Source of the DNA: Tubiluchus corallicola
Taxonomy: Eukaryota; Animalia; Priapulida
NCBI GenBank assembly: GCA_030141605.1
Contig: JAQGDQ010001002.1
Coordinates: 1 to 64,000, forward strand
Length of the DNA stretch: 64,000 nt
Reading direction: 5' to 3'
Position numbers and translations under genes: made by a program. Under the pieces are notes generated by a model. It had not been told where the DNA came from, ran no database searches, and was given only the letters and a program-made list of their open reading frames with translations. Below, piece after piece: positions 53,395 through 64,000 of the stretch (position 1 is the stretch's first letter; each line of letters begins with the position of its first letter).

Positions 53395-54341
53395 TTTATG
53401 AAAACCAATATAAAATTGGCCCTGGAAATGCGATAACCAAGAGGTTATGCTAGATGCGAGCACATGTCTAGGTTTAAACTGAAGCATATCGCTATAGCAG
53501 CGGCCGACCAGCTAAGTGGCACCTGGCAATTGTTAGTAAATATAGTTTGTACTAGCGAGAATAGAAGTTTATAAGAAGTGTTAAACAGGAACAGTTAGGC
53601 AGGTCAGTAAGAGTAGGATAGCGAGAAAAAACAGTTTGGATAAAGATGGTCATGGGAGTGGGTTTTACATATTATATTATATTTTTAGCTTTTTGAGAGG
53701 TGATTGAGTTAAAATTTAGGCATGATAGTAATCAATAATTATCAAATAGCTTGAGCTAATGTAGAGAAGAGAATTTTTGTTATTTTCATATGTACATATA
53801 GTTATAATATTTTTCAATGAATGCGTTATGAAAGGAGTGAGGATAACGAGAAGACAAATACAATTACAGATTTTTGGAGTCATCAGGAGGTAACTTGGAA
53901 GTCGAGTTTCGGCTGCTAAACCCCAACTCTTAATCTTCTCAAGTCGCAGCCGACCGTGCGTTGTTAAAGCTGAGCTCTGCAACTGCACGGCCCTCCGTAT
54001 TACATAAATACACACATATATATACGAATACAGGGAATTTTTTAACGGCTTTTTATTTTTTGAAGTAGTTGTGTTGTTTCAAGTTGAATGCTATTTAATT
54101 AAATTTATCTAGATGTTTAAATTTGGAATATTATAATTAGGAGGTTTCTTATCTGATAGGTTTTTTTAAAAATTTTTTTATTTTATTTATTTAGATGCTT
54201 AAAGTTGAAATTAAAATTATTGTGAATAGCATGGCTTTATTTAGCAGGTGTTTTAAAAGAATGTTTTTTAAAGAATTTTTCTTATTTTATTTATTTAGAT
54301 GTTTAAAGTTAAAATTAAAATTATTGTGAATAGCAAGGCTT
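53395..54341. repeat. pLTR copy 3, inverted
   Basis: Reverse complement of ~50560-51505. Confidence 0.95.
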
Positions 54342-54342
54342 G

Positions 54343-54976
54343 AGCAGCCGAAACTCGACTTCCAAGTTACCTCCTGATGACTCCAAAAATCTGTAATTGT
54401 ATTTGTCTTTTCGTTATCCTCACTCCTTTCATAACGTATTCATTGAAAAATATTATAACTATATGTACATATGAAAAAACAAAAATTCTCCTCTCCACAT
54501 TAGCTCAAGCTATTTGATAATTATTGATTACTATCATACCTAAATTTTAACTCAATCACCTCTCAAAAAGCTAAAAAATATAATATAATATATAAAACCC
54601 ACTCCCATGACCTTCTTTATCCAAACTGTTTTTTCTCGCTATCCTACTCTTAGTAACCTGCCTAACTATTCCTGTTTCACATTTCTTATAAACTTCTTTT
54701 CTCGCTAGTACAAACTATATCTACTAACAATTGCCAGGTGCCACAATGCTGGTCGGCCGCTGCTGTAGCGATATGCTTCAGTTTAAACCTAGACATGTGC
54801 TCGCATCTAGCATAACCTCTTGGTTATCGCATTTCCAGAGCCAATTTTATATTGGTTTTCATAAACAAATAAATAAGGTGCACACCCCTGTCATCTAAGG
54901 TTTGCTGATCTTACTTTATTCTACTCACTAACATACTATAACCTACAACCAACTCTACTCTCTTCTCTCTTTACAA
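54343..54976. repeat. pLTR copy 4, partial, direct, with ~110-bp extension
   Basis: Matches ~41082-41713 with scattered substitutions. Confidence 0.9.
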
Positions 54977-55104
54977 TTTCAAAATATCAAAATAAAAAAT
55001 TTTCACTAATAATTTATGAAAAATTTAATTTACTAATAGGGAATGAGTATTAATAATCCTGATATTCTTATTAATAATATATAAATATAAAAGTTCATTT
55101 TAAA

Positions 55105-55525
55105 AAAATATTATAACTATATGTACATATAAAAATAACAAAAATTCTCTTCTCTACATTAGCTCAAGCTATTTGATAATTATTGATTACTATCGTGCCT
55201 AAATTTTAACTCAATCACCTCTCAAAAAGCTAAAAATATAATATAATATATAAAACCCACTCCCATGACCTTCTTTATCCAAACTGTTTTTTCTCGCTAT
55301 CCTACTCTTAGTAACCTGCCTAACTATTCCTGTTTCACATTTCTTATAAACTTCTTTTCTCGCTAGTACAAACTATATCTACTAACAATTGCCAGGTGCC
55401 ACAATGCTGGTCGGCCGCTGCTGTAGCGATATACTTCAGTTTAAACCTAGACATGTGCTCGCATCTAGCATAACCTCTTGGTTATCGCATTTCCAGGGCC
55501 AATTTTATATTGGTTTTCATAAACA
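55105..55525. repeat. pLTR copy 5, partial, direct
   Basis: Matches ~41185-41606 and shares variants with copy 4 (cacaatgctgg). Confidence 0.9.
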
Positions 55526-55529
55526 GGCC

Positions 55530-57235
55530 AATTAAATTAAGTTAAGTTGAGTTGAGTTGAGTTGAGTTGAGTTGAGTTGAGTTGAGTTGAGTTGAGTTGA
55601 GTTGAGTTGAGTTAAGTTAAGTTGAGTTGAGTTGAGTTGAGTTGAGTTGAGTTGAGTTGAGTTGAGTTGAGTTGAGTTGAGTTGAGTTGAGTTGAGTTGA
55701 GTTGAGTTGAGTTGAGTTGAGTTGAGTTGAGTTGAGTTGAGTTGAGTTGAGTTGAGTTGAGTTGAGTTGAGTTGAGTTGAGTTGAGTTGAGTTGAGTTGA
55801 GTTGAGTTGAGTTGAGTTGAGTTGAGTTGAGTTGAGTTGAGTTAAGTTAAGTTAAGTTAAGTTAAGTTAAGTTAAGTTAAGTTAAGTTAAGATATGTTAA
55901 GTTAAGTTAAGTTAAGTTAACTTAACTCAAGTTAAGTTAAGTTAAGTTAAGTTAAGTTAAGTTAAGTTAAGTTAAGTTAAGTTAAGTTAAGTTAAGTTAA
56001 GTTAAGTTAAGTTAAGTTAAGTTAAGTTAAGTTAAAGTCAAGTCAAGTCAAGTCAAGTCAAGTCAAGTCAAGTCAAGTCAAGTCAAGTCAAGTCAAGTCA
56101 AGTCAAGTCAAGTCAAGTCAAGTCAAGTCAAGTCAAGTCAAGTCAAGTCAAGTCAAGTCAAGTCAAGTCAAGTCAAGTCAAGTCAAGTCAAGGCAAGTCA
56201 AGTCAAGTCAAGTCAAGTCAAGTCAAGTTTAGTTAAATGTTAAGTTAAGTGTTAAGCTAAGCTAAGCTAAGCTAAGCTAAGCTAAGCTAAGCTAAGCTAA
56301 GCTAAGCTAAGCTAAGCTAAGCTAAGCTAAGCTAAGCTAAGCTAAGCTAGGCTAGGCTAGGCTAGGCTAGGCTAGGCTAGGCTAGGCTAGGCTAGGCTAG
56401 GCTAGGCTAGGCTAGGCTAGGCTAGGCTAGGCTAGGCTAAGCTAAGCTAAGCTAAGCTAAGCTAAGCTAAGCTAAGCTAAGCTAAGCTAAGCTAAGCTAA
56501 GCTAAGCTAAGCTAAGTTAAGTTAAGTTAAGTTAAGTTAAGTTAAGTTAAGTTAAGTTAAGATATGTTAAGTTAAGTTAAGTTAAGTTAAGTTAAGTTAA
56601 GTTAAGTTAAGTTAACTTAACTCAAGTTAAGTTAAGTTAAGTTAAGTTAAGTTAAGTTAAGTTAAGTTAAGTTAAGTTAAGTTAAGTTAAGTTAAGTTAA
56701 GTTAAGTTAAGTTAAGTTAAAGTCAAGTCAAGTCAAGTCAAGTCAAGTCAAGTCAAGTCAAGTCAAGTCAAGTCAAGTCAAGTCAAGTCAAGTCAAGTCA
56801 AGTCAAGGCAAGGCAAGTCAAGTCAAGTCAAGTCAAGTCAAGTTTAGTTAAGTGTTAAGTTAAGTGTTAAGCTAAGCTAAGCTAAGCTAAGCTAAGCTAA
56901 GCTAAGCTAAGCTAAGCTAAGCTAAGCTAAGCTAAGCTAAGCTAAGCTAAGCTAAGCTAAGCTAAGCTAGGCTAGGCTAGGCTAGGCTAGGCTAAGCTAA
57001 GCTAAGCTAAGCTAAGCTAAGCTAAGCTAAGCTAAGCTAAGCTAAGCTAAGCTAAGTTAAGTTAAGTTAAGTTAAGTTAAGTTAAGTTAAGTTAAGTTAA
57101 GTTAAGTTAAATTAAGTTAAGCTAAGCTAAGCTAAGCTAAGATAAGTTAGGTTAGGTTAGATTAGGTTAGGTTAGGTTAGGTAAGGTTAGGTTTAGGCTA
57201 CCACAAGTTAAGTTAAAATTAAGTTAAGTTAAATA
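55530..57235. repeat. Compound pentamer array (GTTGA, GTTAA, GTCAA, GCTAA, GCTAG, GTTAG)
   Basis: Read directly; ~1.7 kb. Confidence 0.97.
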
Positions 57236-57441
57236 TAAAGTAATTTACATTAAATTAAATGAAAGTGAATTGAGTTAAATCGAATTAAACGTAGCCGATT
57301 ACATTTTCAAATATTTTGGCAACCCTGCAAATTATTCTCAGGGAATTTGACATGATCTTGTTTATCATGTCCAAAGAGAAAGGGTTGGCATTTTTTCTTA
57401 GAAATATAATAGTAACCACAACCTTTTTGAAAAACAAATAG

Positions 57442-60400
57442 CAAGCAGCAGTGGATGGTAAGCAGCTGAACGTTTCCGCCATGATGGACACGTGGACCTT
57501 GCAGATGGGGTACCCTCTAGTGACGGTAAACAGAACTTATGGTAGGCGCCCCAAAGTGCATCTAAGTCAACAGCATTTTCTAATTGATCCCAATTCTCCA
57601 GTTGTTGAACCATTTCCGGTTCCGCTAAAAGACAAGTAAGTTATATTTTTACAATAGCACAAGCTTATCCATCGAAAATGGCTTCATAATTTATTTACAA
57701 TTATAAACTTTTTAGATTATTAATGTAAGTCTAACGTAGTTTCAGCCGTTATAAATGGCAATGTTTAATTAGCTGTTATTCGCCCGTCGTCAATAACAAC
57801 GGACGTTAATGCCATTAACCGGACCTCTTCATTAACAACGAGCATTAGCGACCATTAACAGTCGTGTCATCGTTAACAACACTACTAAAACACAATGGAA
57901 AAGCAACGAATTATGAACGACGGTATACAATAAATAACTTTGTCCCGCTTTTAGATTAAGTTTATTTTATTAAGGGCAATTTTATTCACATAATGTAATT
58001 ATGCCATGGTTGCATGCTGCGCAACCAAAATGTGGCATTCTTTTAACGTGGACTGTCAACGTCTTTGCCTGGACCATTTTATATGTATCCACATTTTACT
58101 ATCTATGTCACTATTCATATTTTGGTCTGCAAACAAGTAGTGACATGATACGTATAATTTAGTCCAGGCAAAGATAATGACAGTCCAATTTATGCTACAT
58201 TTTGACTAGGCATTATTGCGTTAATTCATTATGACTCTTGATTGCCAGAATTTTTATAAACCATTGGGGTTTATTTTACCAGTTATTACCAATTGCGGGC
58301 TGAAAAATTGTGGCCTAGTGATGTCGAAGTAACGGTATATTTATTTGCCAGCTAATTTGGGAAAGTATTGATACCATAAGTATCCGCCTACTGTCATGTG
58401 TGCAGGTGGCACTGTTGGATTGTGTGCTACAAGGGGGAATTCTTAGGCCTGCTCTATCGTACTGGGCAGCTAGCTTAGGTGGTACAGGATGGGATTATTA
58501 ATCGCCGGTATCGGGTTCAAATCCCGACAATTTTTCAGTGTTTCCTTTCTTCAACTCTTTACCACCCACAATGGTTAATAATTGGTTAAGTAAACCGCAA
58601 TGATTTATAAAACTTTTGGCAATCGCAGTCATAATTAATTAATGATATCGTTAGTTGTTAACTAATTTGGAAAACGCATTCACATTTTCTGTAGGTATGT
58701 CTGGACGATTCCATTTACCTACACAACAACGCATGCGCCTTCCGAACCACAGTTAAAATGGCTGACAACAAAAACAGGTAGGTGTCAGTTCTTTAGATCT
58801 TCGAAAGTGCTTGGTTTCAAGAGGATCGAGTTTCTAATTTGAACAGAATAAACAGTAAAATTCAGCGTAAAGACTGAGGACATGATGTCTCCTCTACAAT
58901 TAGCTATCTCAAGTTACCTTGCACTTAGTCTTAATCACAATTCACATCAAGTTTGTCGAATTACATACCGTAATAGAGTAATTCCGTAATAGAGTAATAA
59001 TGGGGTTATTAAAGTTTATATTTCTAGAAATTAGAGTAATCTATAATTAGAGCTTGTACGTATGTGGTAAAAAGTGTGGTACAGATAAGTCAGTACGTAT
59101 TTATTGCCATGGAATGTATCTCAAATGGAGCAACTTTCTAATGCCATCATGATAGCTAACTCTGAATTTATCCATAATAAACCAACACTGTATTATTCAG
59201 TCTGTTATCAGAGTATGACTAAATGTTAAAGCTGCTTAATATGGTTAACAGATCGAACTATATTGTTTCAAACCTATTTCAAACATAAGATTAGATAAGA
59301 TAATATAAATTTTATTTAACGTCGAACATTTACCTAAATAATGTGAGCAGTTAAAGCTCTTTATCGACAATATATAATTATAAAATAAATCGATAAAATA
59401 AAAGTAAAAATGGATCCTTAAGGAATCAAAATAATATATTGCTCTATCTGCTAACCATGATGAGCTTCAACATCATATTAGTCATATTCTGATAACAGAG
59501 TGAATGATATGATGCTGATCTATTATAGATAAACTATGTAGCTGATCTATTATAGAGTTTGCCATCATCATGGCATTAGAAAGTTGTTAAATGTGAGAAA
59601 CAATTGAGGTGTTTCCAAGAAGTGCACTGACTTAGTATCTTTCCTACACTTTCTACCACATACGTGAAGTTCTTATCATAGATTACTGTACTTTCTAGAA
59701 ATACAAACTTTAATAACCCCGTTGGAGTAAATTTGATTAACAGTGATCAAAGTTATGCCGCATTTTGGAATTGGGATTGCATGCATAGCATAATATTATA
59801 GGCTAGCTAGACTTTGTCAGTGTTTTATTTTTATATTTTTTCTGTACCGTAGCAGTTTGTACGAACTTTAAACATTAATTCATATTTCTTTGTTAAATAT
59901 CTTGTAAGATACGTTAATCTTTCTTGCTTAATACTGTAAATTATCCGGTTACTTTTACGGTCTTGTTACCGAATGAACATTAAGTGAATGAGCGAGTGAA
60001 TTTCTCAGTCTGACATCATATTAAACACTTTAAGCCCAGGGATTATTCAGTATTCTGATTAAACTGACATCAGATCATTCAGCTTAAGCTCAATATTGAT
60101 GGAACAAAACGCACAATTAAGTAAATTCGGATACCAAACTTGAAAGAGAGGAAATGCGAAAAACTTGAGACACTGCCTGGTATTGAACCGTGACCTTCCT
60201 CTTGAACTAGACGCCGCCTATGACCATTCGGTCAGTGTACATCCCACTGGTCTAGACAATCCAAAGTCCTGACATCCCACATAATTGGGCAAACAGAATT
60301 CAGCATTTCTAAAGCAGATCGCTCACACTGATTCTAACAAATATAGATATGCAGTGCACCAGTGGTCTAAGGCATCTGCCTTGTCAGAAGAGGTTCCCCA

Positions 60401-63111
60401 GTTCAAATCCATACTGTATCCCAACTTTACACATTTCCTGTTTTTTAAGGCTGCTTTAATTAATTTATGATCATTCGATCTTTAATAAAACTTTGTAGAT
60501 TATAATAATAATTATGCAAAACGTTATTTAGTTTGAGGATCAATGCCATATTAGTGTTAACCCTTTCAGTCCCAAATCATTTTTTTAATAAAAAAAATTT
60601 TGATTTGATACTTTTGTTCAATATGTCCATCTTATTTACACATAATAAATATTTTTTTCTACCTGTGCCCGTGTGCTAAATATAGCCTGTATCCCACGGG
60701 ATACATTGGGATTCAATGGTTGCTAAACATGATAAAAAGCAAATGCTGTATATTTGGAAATCTGAAGTTTATTCAATACATTTAATAAAGTCCTGGAAAT
60801 TTATCACAAAATTCTGACTTCTGTGGAATCTCAACATGGAATTTACATAATTAAAAAATCATGTCAAACATTTCGACAGTACTACTGCTGTCATCATTAG
60901 AGGTAAATTTTTACAAACATACAACCAGTTTATATACCACTGATATAAAAATATATAAAAATTTACCTCATTATATCAAAACACAATCTCAGCGGTAAAT
61001 TTTTATATATTTTTATATCAGTGGTAAATACACTGGTTGTAAAAATTTACCATTGATGACGACAGCAGAAGTACTATCGTCACGTTTGACATGATTTTTT
61101 AAACTATGTAAATTAAAAGTTTAAACAAAGATGTGATGTTTTAACTATAAATGCTTTTTTTAAGTACCTGTAGTAACACAAACTTTTGGTTCTTCTTTGT
61201 CTAACCCTTTCTTCTGTTCCTGTAAAATGCATGACGTCATCAGTGTCTTTTAGATATGCTATCGAATGCACCCAATAACAATGACTGGTTAATCGCAAAC
61301 TACGGATCGTATGGTTACTACAGAGTGAACTATGATGATAAAAATTGGGAGATGCTCATACATCAGTTAGAAATAAACCACAAGGTACATCTGTAATTTT
61401 AAAAGTTCATTTTTGCAATTTCCTCCCATGCTCTTACATCTCATAGATAAAATCACCGTCATTTAATCTTTTTAAACAATTCTTTTTACAAGTGGTGATA
61501 CAGTATATTGTGATTGCGATTGCGATACTCGACTCTCTCCACCTATCCGAGGCGGGCACCTTTATAGGGTGCAAAGTCTATTCTTCTTTAACGCTGATCT
61601 TTTATTTGTCTTTTCCAAGTTTAATGTCTTTATTTGTCTTTATCCTGTATTCCATAATTTCGTTCACTAGATTTCTAATTTCTAGCAATCCTTCCTTTTC
61701 ACTGTTCATTAATACATCTGAGTTCAAAATTTTTTCCATTCTCCATATCTATAACATCTAAGCATATGTTCAGTAGTGTCATCATCTTCCTCACACACTG
61801 GGCATAATAAATGATCCTTAAACTCATTCTTGTAGTTCCCTTTAACTTTAATCATATTCAGTCTTATTTTCAATATATCTTTAACCTCTTCTGGCTTGCA
61901 CGTGTCTATGTAATTTTGTCGTTTCTACTCGGTATGCCTTAAAAATCTTAATTTAGTGCTGCTCCTGCATTTTTCTGCAGTATATGATAGCTAAGAATAG
62001 TACGTGAGAGTTACTGTTTATTACTAGCACGTGATTGTATGCAATAGCTAGTGATAGCATGTAAAAACAAGTGAACGTGTGCGACAGCTAGCAGTATTAT
62101 ACTACAACTTGAGATAATATGTGGTAGCCAGCGGTAATACGTGATGGCTAGACATAGTATGTGATAGCTAGTGATAATACTGGTAGCTAGATATAATATG
62201 TTACAGCTAGTGATAGTACTGATAACTAGAGATAATATATGATATCTTGTGATAATACTGATAGCTAGAGATAATATGTGATAGCTAGCGATAGTACTGA
62301 TAGCTAGAGATAATATATGATATCTTGTGATAATAATGATAGCTAGAGATAATATGTTATAGCTATTAATAGTACTGATAGCTAGAGATAATATGTTATA
62401 GCTAATAATAATACTGATAGCTAGAGATAATATGTTACAGCTAGCGATAGTACTGATAGCTAGAGATAATATATGATATCTTGTAACAATACTGATAGCT
62501 AGAGATAATATGTTATAGCTAATACTAATACTGATAGCTAGAGATAATATGTTACAGCTAGCGATAGTACTGATAGCTAGAGATAATATATGATATATTG
62601 TGATAATACTGATAGCTAGAGATAAGATGTTATAGCTAATAATAATACTGATAGCTATCTATATCAGTATTATAGCCAGTGATAATATGTGATAGCTAGT
62701 GACAGTATGTGGTAGCTAGTAGTAGTACAAGACAGATACAGTGTGATAGCCTGCAAAAATGCATGAAGGCTAGTTGCAGTATGTGATAGCTAGTCGTAAT
62801 GTATGATAGCTAGTGATAATACGTGCATGTTGGTGATAGTATGTGATAGCTAGTGATAGCAGCAATGTTACTGTGAAAATGTGTCCCAGATCGTGGATTT
62901 TTGCTTAGGTACAGATTGAGCTGTAGCTATAAGCTGACTTTTGACACGTACCTATCTACAAATACTCTAACAATTCAGCAAGAGCAAAACACTAGCTAGG
63001 TAGGTAAAGTATCATTCATTAGATGGGCACCACACACGCTTTCCTATTTTTTCAGATTTTTGAAATCAGGACAAGAGCGAAACTACTCAGTGACGTATTC
63101 AACATTGCCAA
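57442..63111 (+). CDS. M1-family aminopeptidase (aminopeptidase N / glutamyl aminopeptidase-like), internal exons 57442-57635, 58695-58777, 61254-61384, 63056-63111
   Basis: In-phase exons encode MDTWTLQMGYPLVTVNR...SQQHFLIDP, YVWTIPFTY, WLIANYGSYGYYRVNYDDKNWEMLIHQL and RTRAKLLSDVFNIA, hallmark M1 peptidase / ERAP1-C motifs in the expected order. Confidence 0.92.
58010..58215. mobile_element. Imperfect palindrome, MITE-like
   Basis: tggactgtca..tctttgcctggac pairs with gtccaggcaaaga..tgacagtcca; outer arms aaaatgtggcat / atgctacatttt. Confidence 0.6.
58468..58535 (+). mobile_element. tRNA-derived SINE head
   Basis: TAGCTTAGGTGGTA (A box) and TCGGGTTCAAATCCCGA (B box in a T-stem). Confidence 0.5.
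59002..59720. mobile_element. MITE/foldback element with ~250-bp diverged inverted arms
   Basis: ggggttattaaagtttatatttctagaaa... pairs with ...tttctagaaatacaaactttaataacccc; inner matches caactttctaatgccat / atggcattagaaagttg. Confidence 0.75.
60168..60240 (-). mobile_element. tRNA-derived SINE head
   Basis: Minus strand TGACCGAATGGTCATAGG...GGTTCAATACC. Confidence 0.45.
60350..60425 (+). mobile_element. tRNA-derived SINE head
   Basis: CAGTGGTCTAAGG (A box) and AGTTCAAATCC (B box). Confidence 0.5.
60841..61112. repeat. Palindrome with ~125-bp arms carrying degenerate hammerhead-like motifs
   Basis: Arms 60841-60967 and 60994-61112 are imperfect reverse complements. Confidence 0.8.
61500..61980 (-). 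mobile_element. 3' remnant of a non-LTR retrotransposon ORF2 with a CCHC knuckle
   Basis: Minus frame reads STKLRFL..*..YIDTCKPEEVKDILKIRLNMIKVKGNYKN...CPVCEEDDDTTEHMLRC, with a stop and a frameshift; short (CGCAAT)n-like tail. Confidence 0.75.
62080..62860. repeat. Degenerate minisatellite (tgatagctagagataatat)
   Basis: Read directly. Confidence 0.9.
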
Positions 63112-63184
63112 GTAAGTTTTTAACTTCTCTATACATTTTACCAAGTGATAAAAACTTTTAGGACGTTGTGATTGTGTTCTGATG

Positions 63185-63304
63185 ATTGACGATGACGACG
63201 ACGACGATGACAACAACAATGACAACGACGAGGGCGACGGCGATGACGATGGTGATGACGACGATGATGGTGGTGATGATGATGATGATGATGATGATGA
63301 TGAC
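63185..63304. repeat. (GAT/GAC)n trinucleotide tract
   Basis: Read directly. Confidence 0.9.
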
Positions 63305-64000
63305 TGTATTAAGCAAAACTCAAAATGAATGAAGTTATTAGAAAATACTGAAGCTTTAGGTGAATTTAATGGATGCTCATGACTTGTATTAGCACTAGTG
63401 AAGTATGTAAAGCATGAAAATTTAAACTTCTCTGATGATTGTTAGGCGGAGACATTTTAACTGTAAGTCGCTTGAAACGAGTCTAAATAACATTGTGTAA
63501 AGTCTGGGAAAAAATCAGAGCATTCGTTGTGCACTCTTCAACAACTAAGCAAAAGTTTAAAACACTTTATTTTATCTTGTCAATAAGTTTAAAATACGTT
63601 TTTGGTGAATCAGTGATGCACACTGGGAAGGTGAGTCAGTTTGCGAGAACATTTTAAATTACTAAGAATTATCTTTTCTAATTACCTACGTCTTTCGAGC
63701 AGGAAGGGGCAGCGCAAATGCAACATGACATTGAGTGGAAAGTAATGTGGGATGTACTTTAAAATTGCCTCGGCTTCCTCTTTAAAGAGCATAGCCCTCT
63801 CAATGCCTACGTCACTTCTGCTCCCTCCTCCATGGAACTGGTGTCACTGTCACAGAGCAACACCCTCATTCTGCTTTACGATGTCAATCTCCAGTTCGTT
63901 TTATTGTAGCGTGCTCACTGCCACGCTGTAGTAAAGTTCCTATAACATGCAATCATTAAGAATTCATTGCTAGAACGCTTGCCTGCCTTTATTAAAAGGG

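Overview
AT-rich, repeat-dense eukaryotic DNA, probably from an invertebrate. Main contents: (1) four spliced exons of an M1-family aminopeptidase (APN/ENPEP-like) at 57.4-63.1 kb; I could not find the preceding exon, so most of the window may be one very large intron. (2) A five-coding-exon gene (8258-14546, +, 278 aa) with two MYT1-type C2HC zinc fingers, missed by the ORF track, plus an inverted partial paralog at 25.8-28.0 kb whose exons look more diverged than its introns. (3) An ~10.8-kb Penelope-like retroelement (40697-51509, -) with an open RT frame, no recognisable GIY-YIG endonuclease, a separate ORF1, intron signals and ~0.9-kb structured terminal direct repeats, followed by three more repeat copies and a compound pentamer array. 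(4) Many minisatellites, a duplicated multi-satellite module, MITE-like palindromes, tRNA-derived SINE heads and LINE remnants. All calls were made by eye with no database searches; repeat boundaries and copy numbers are approximate.
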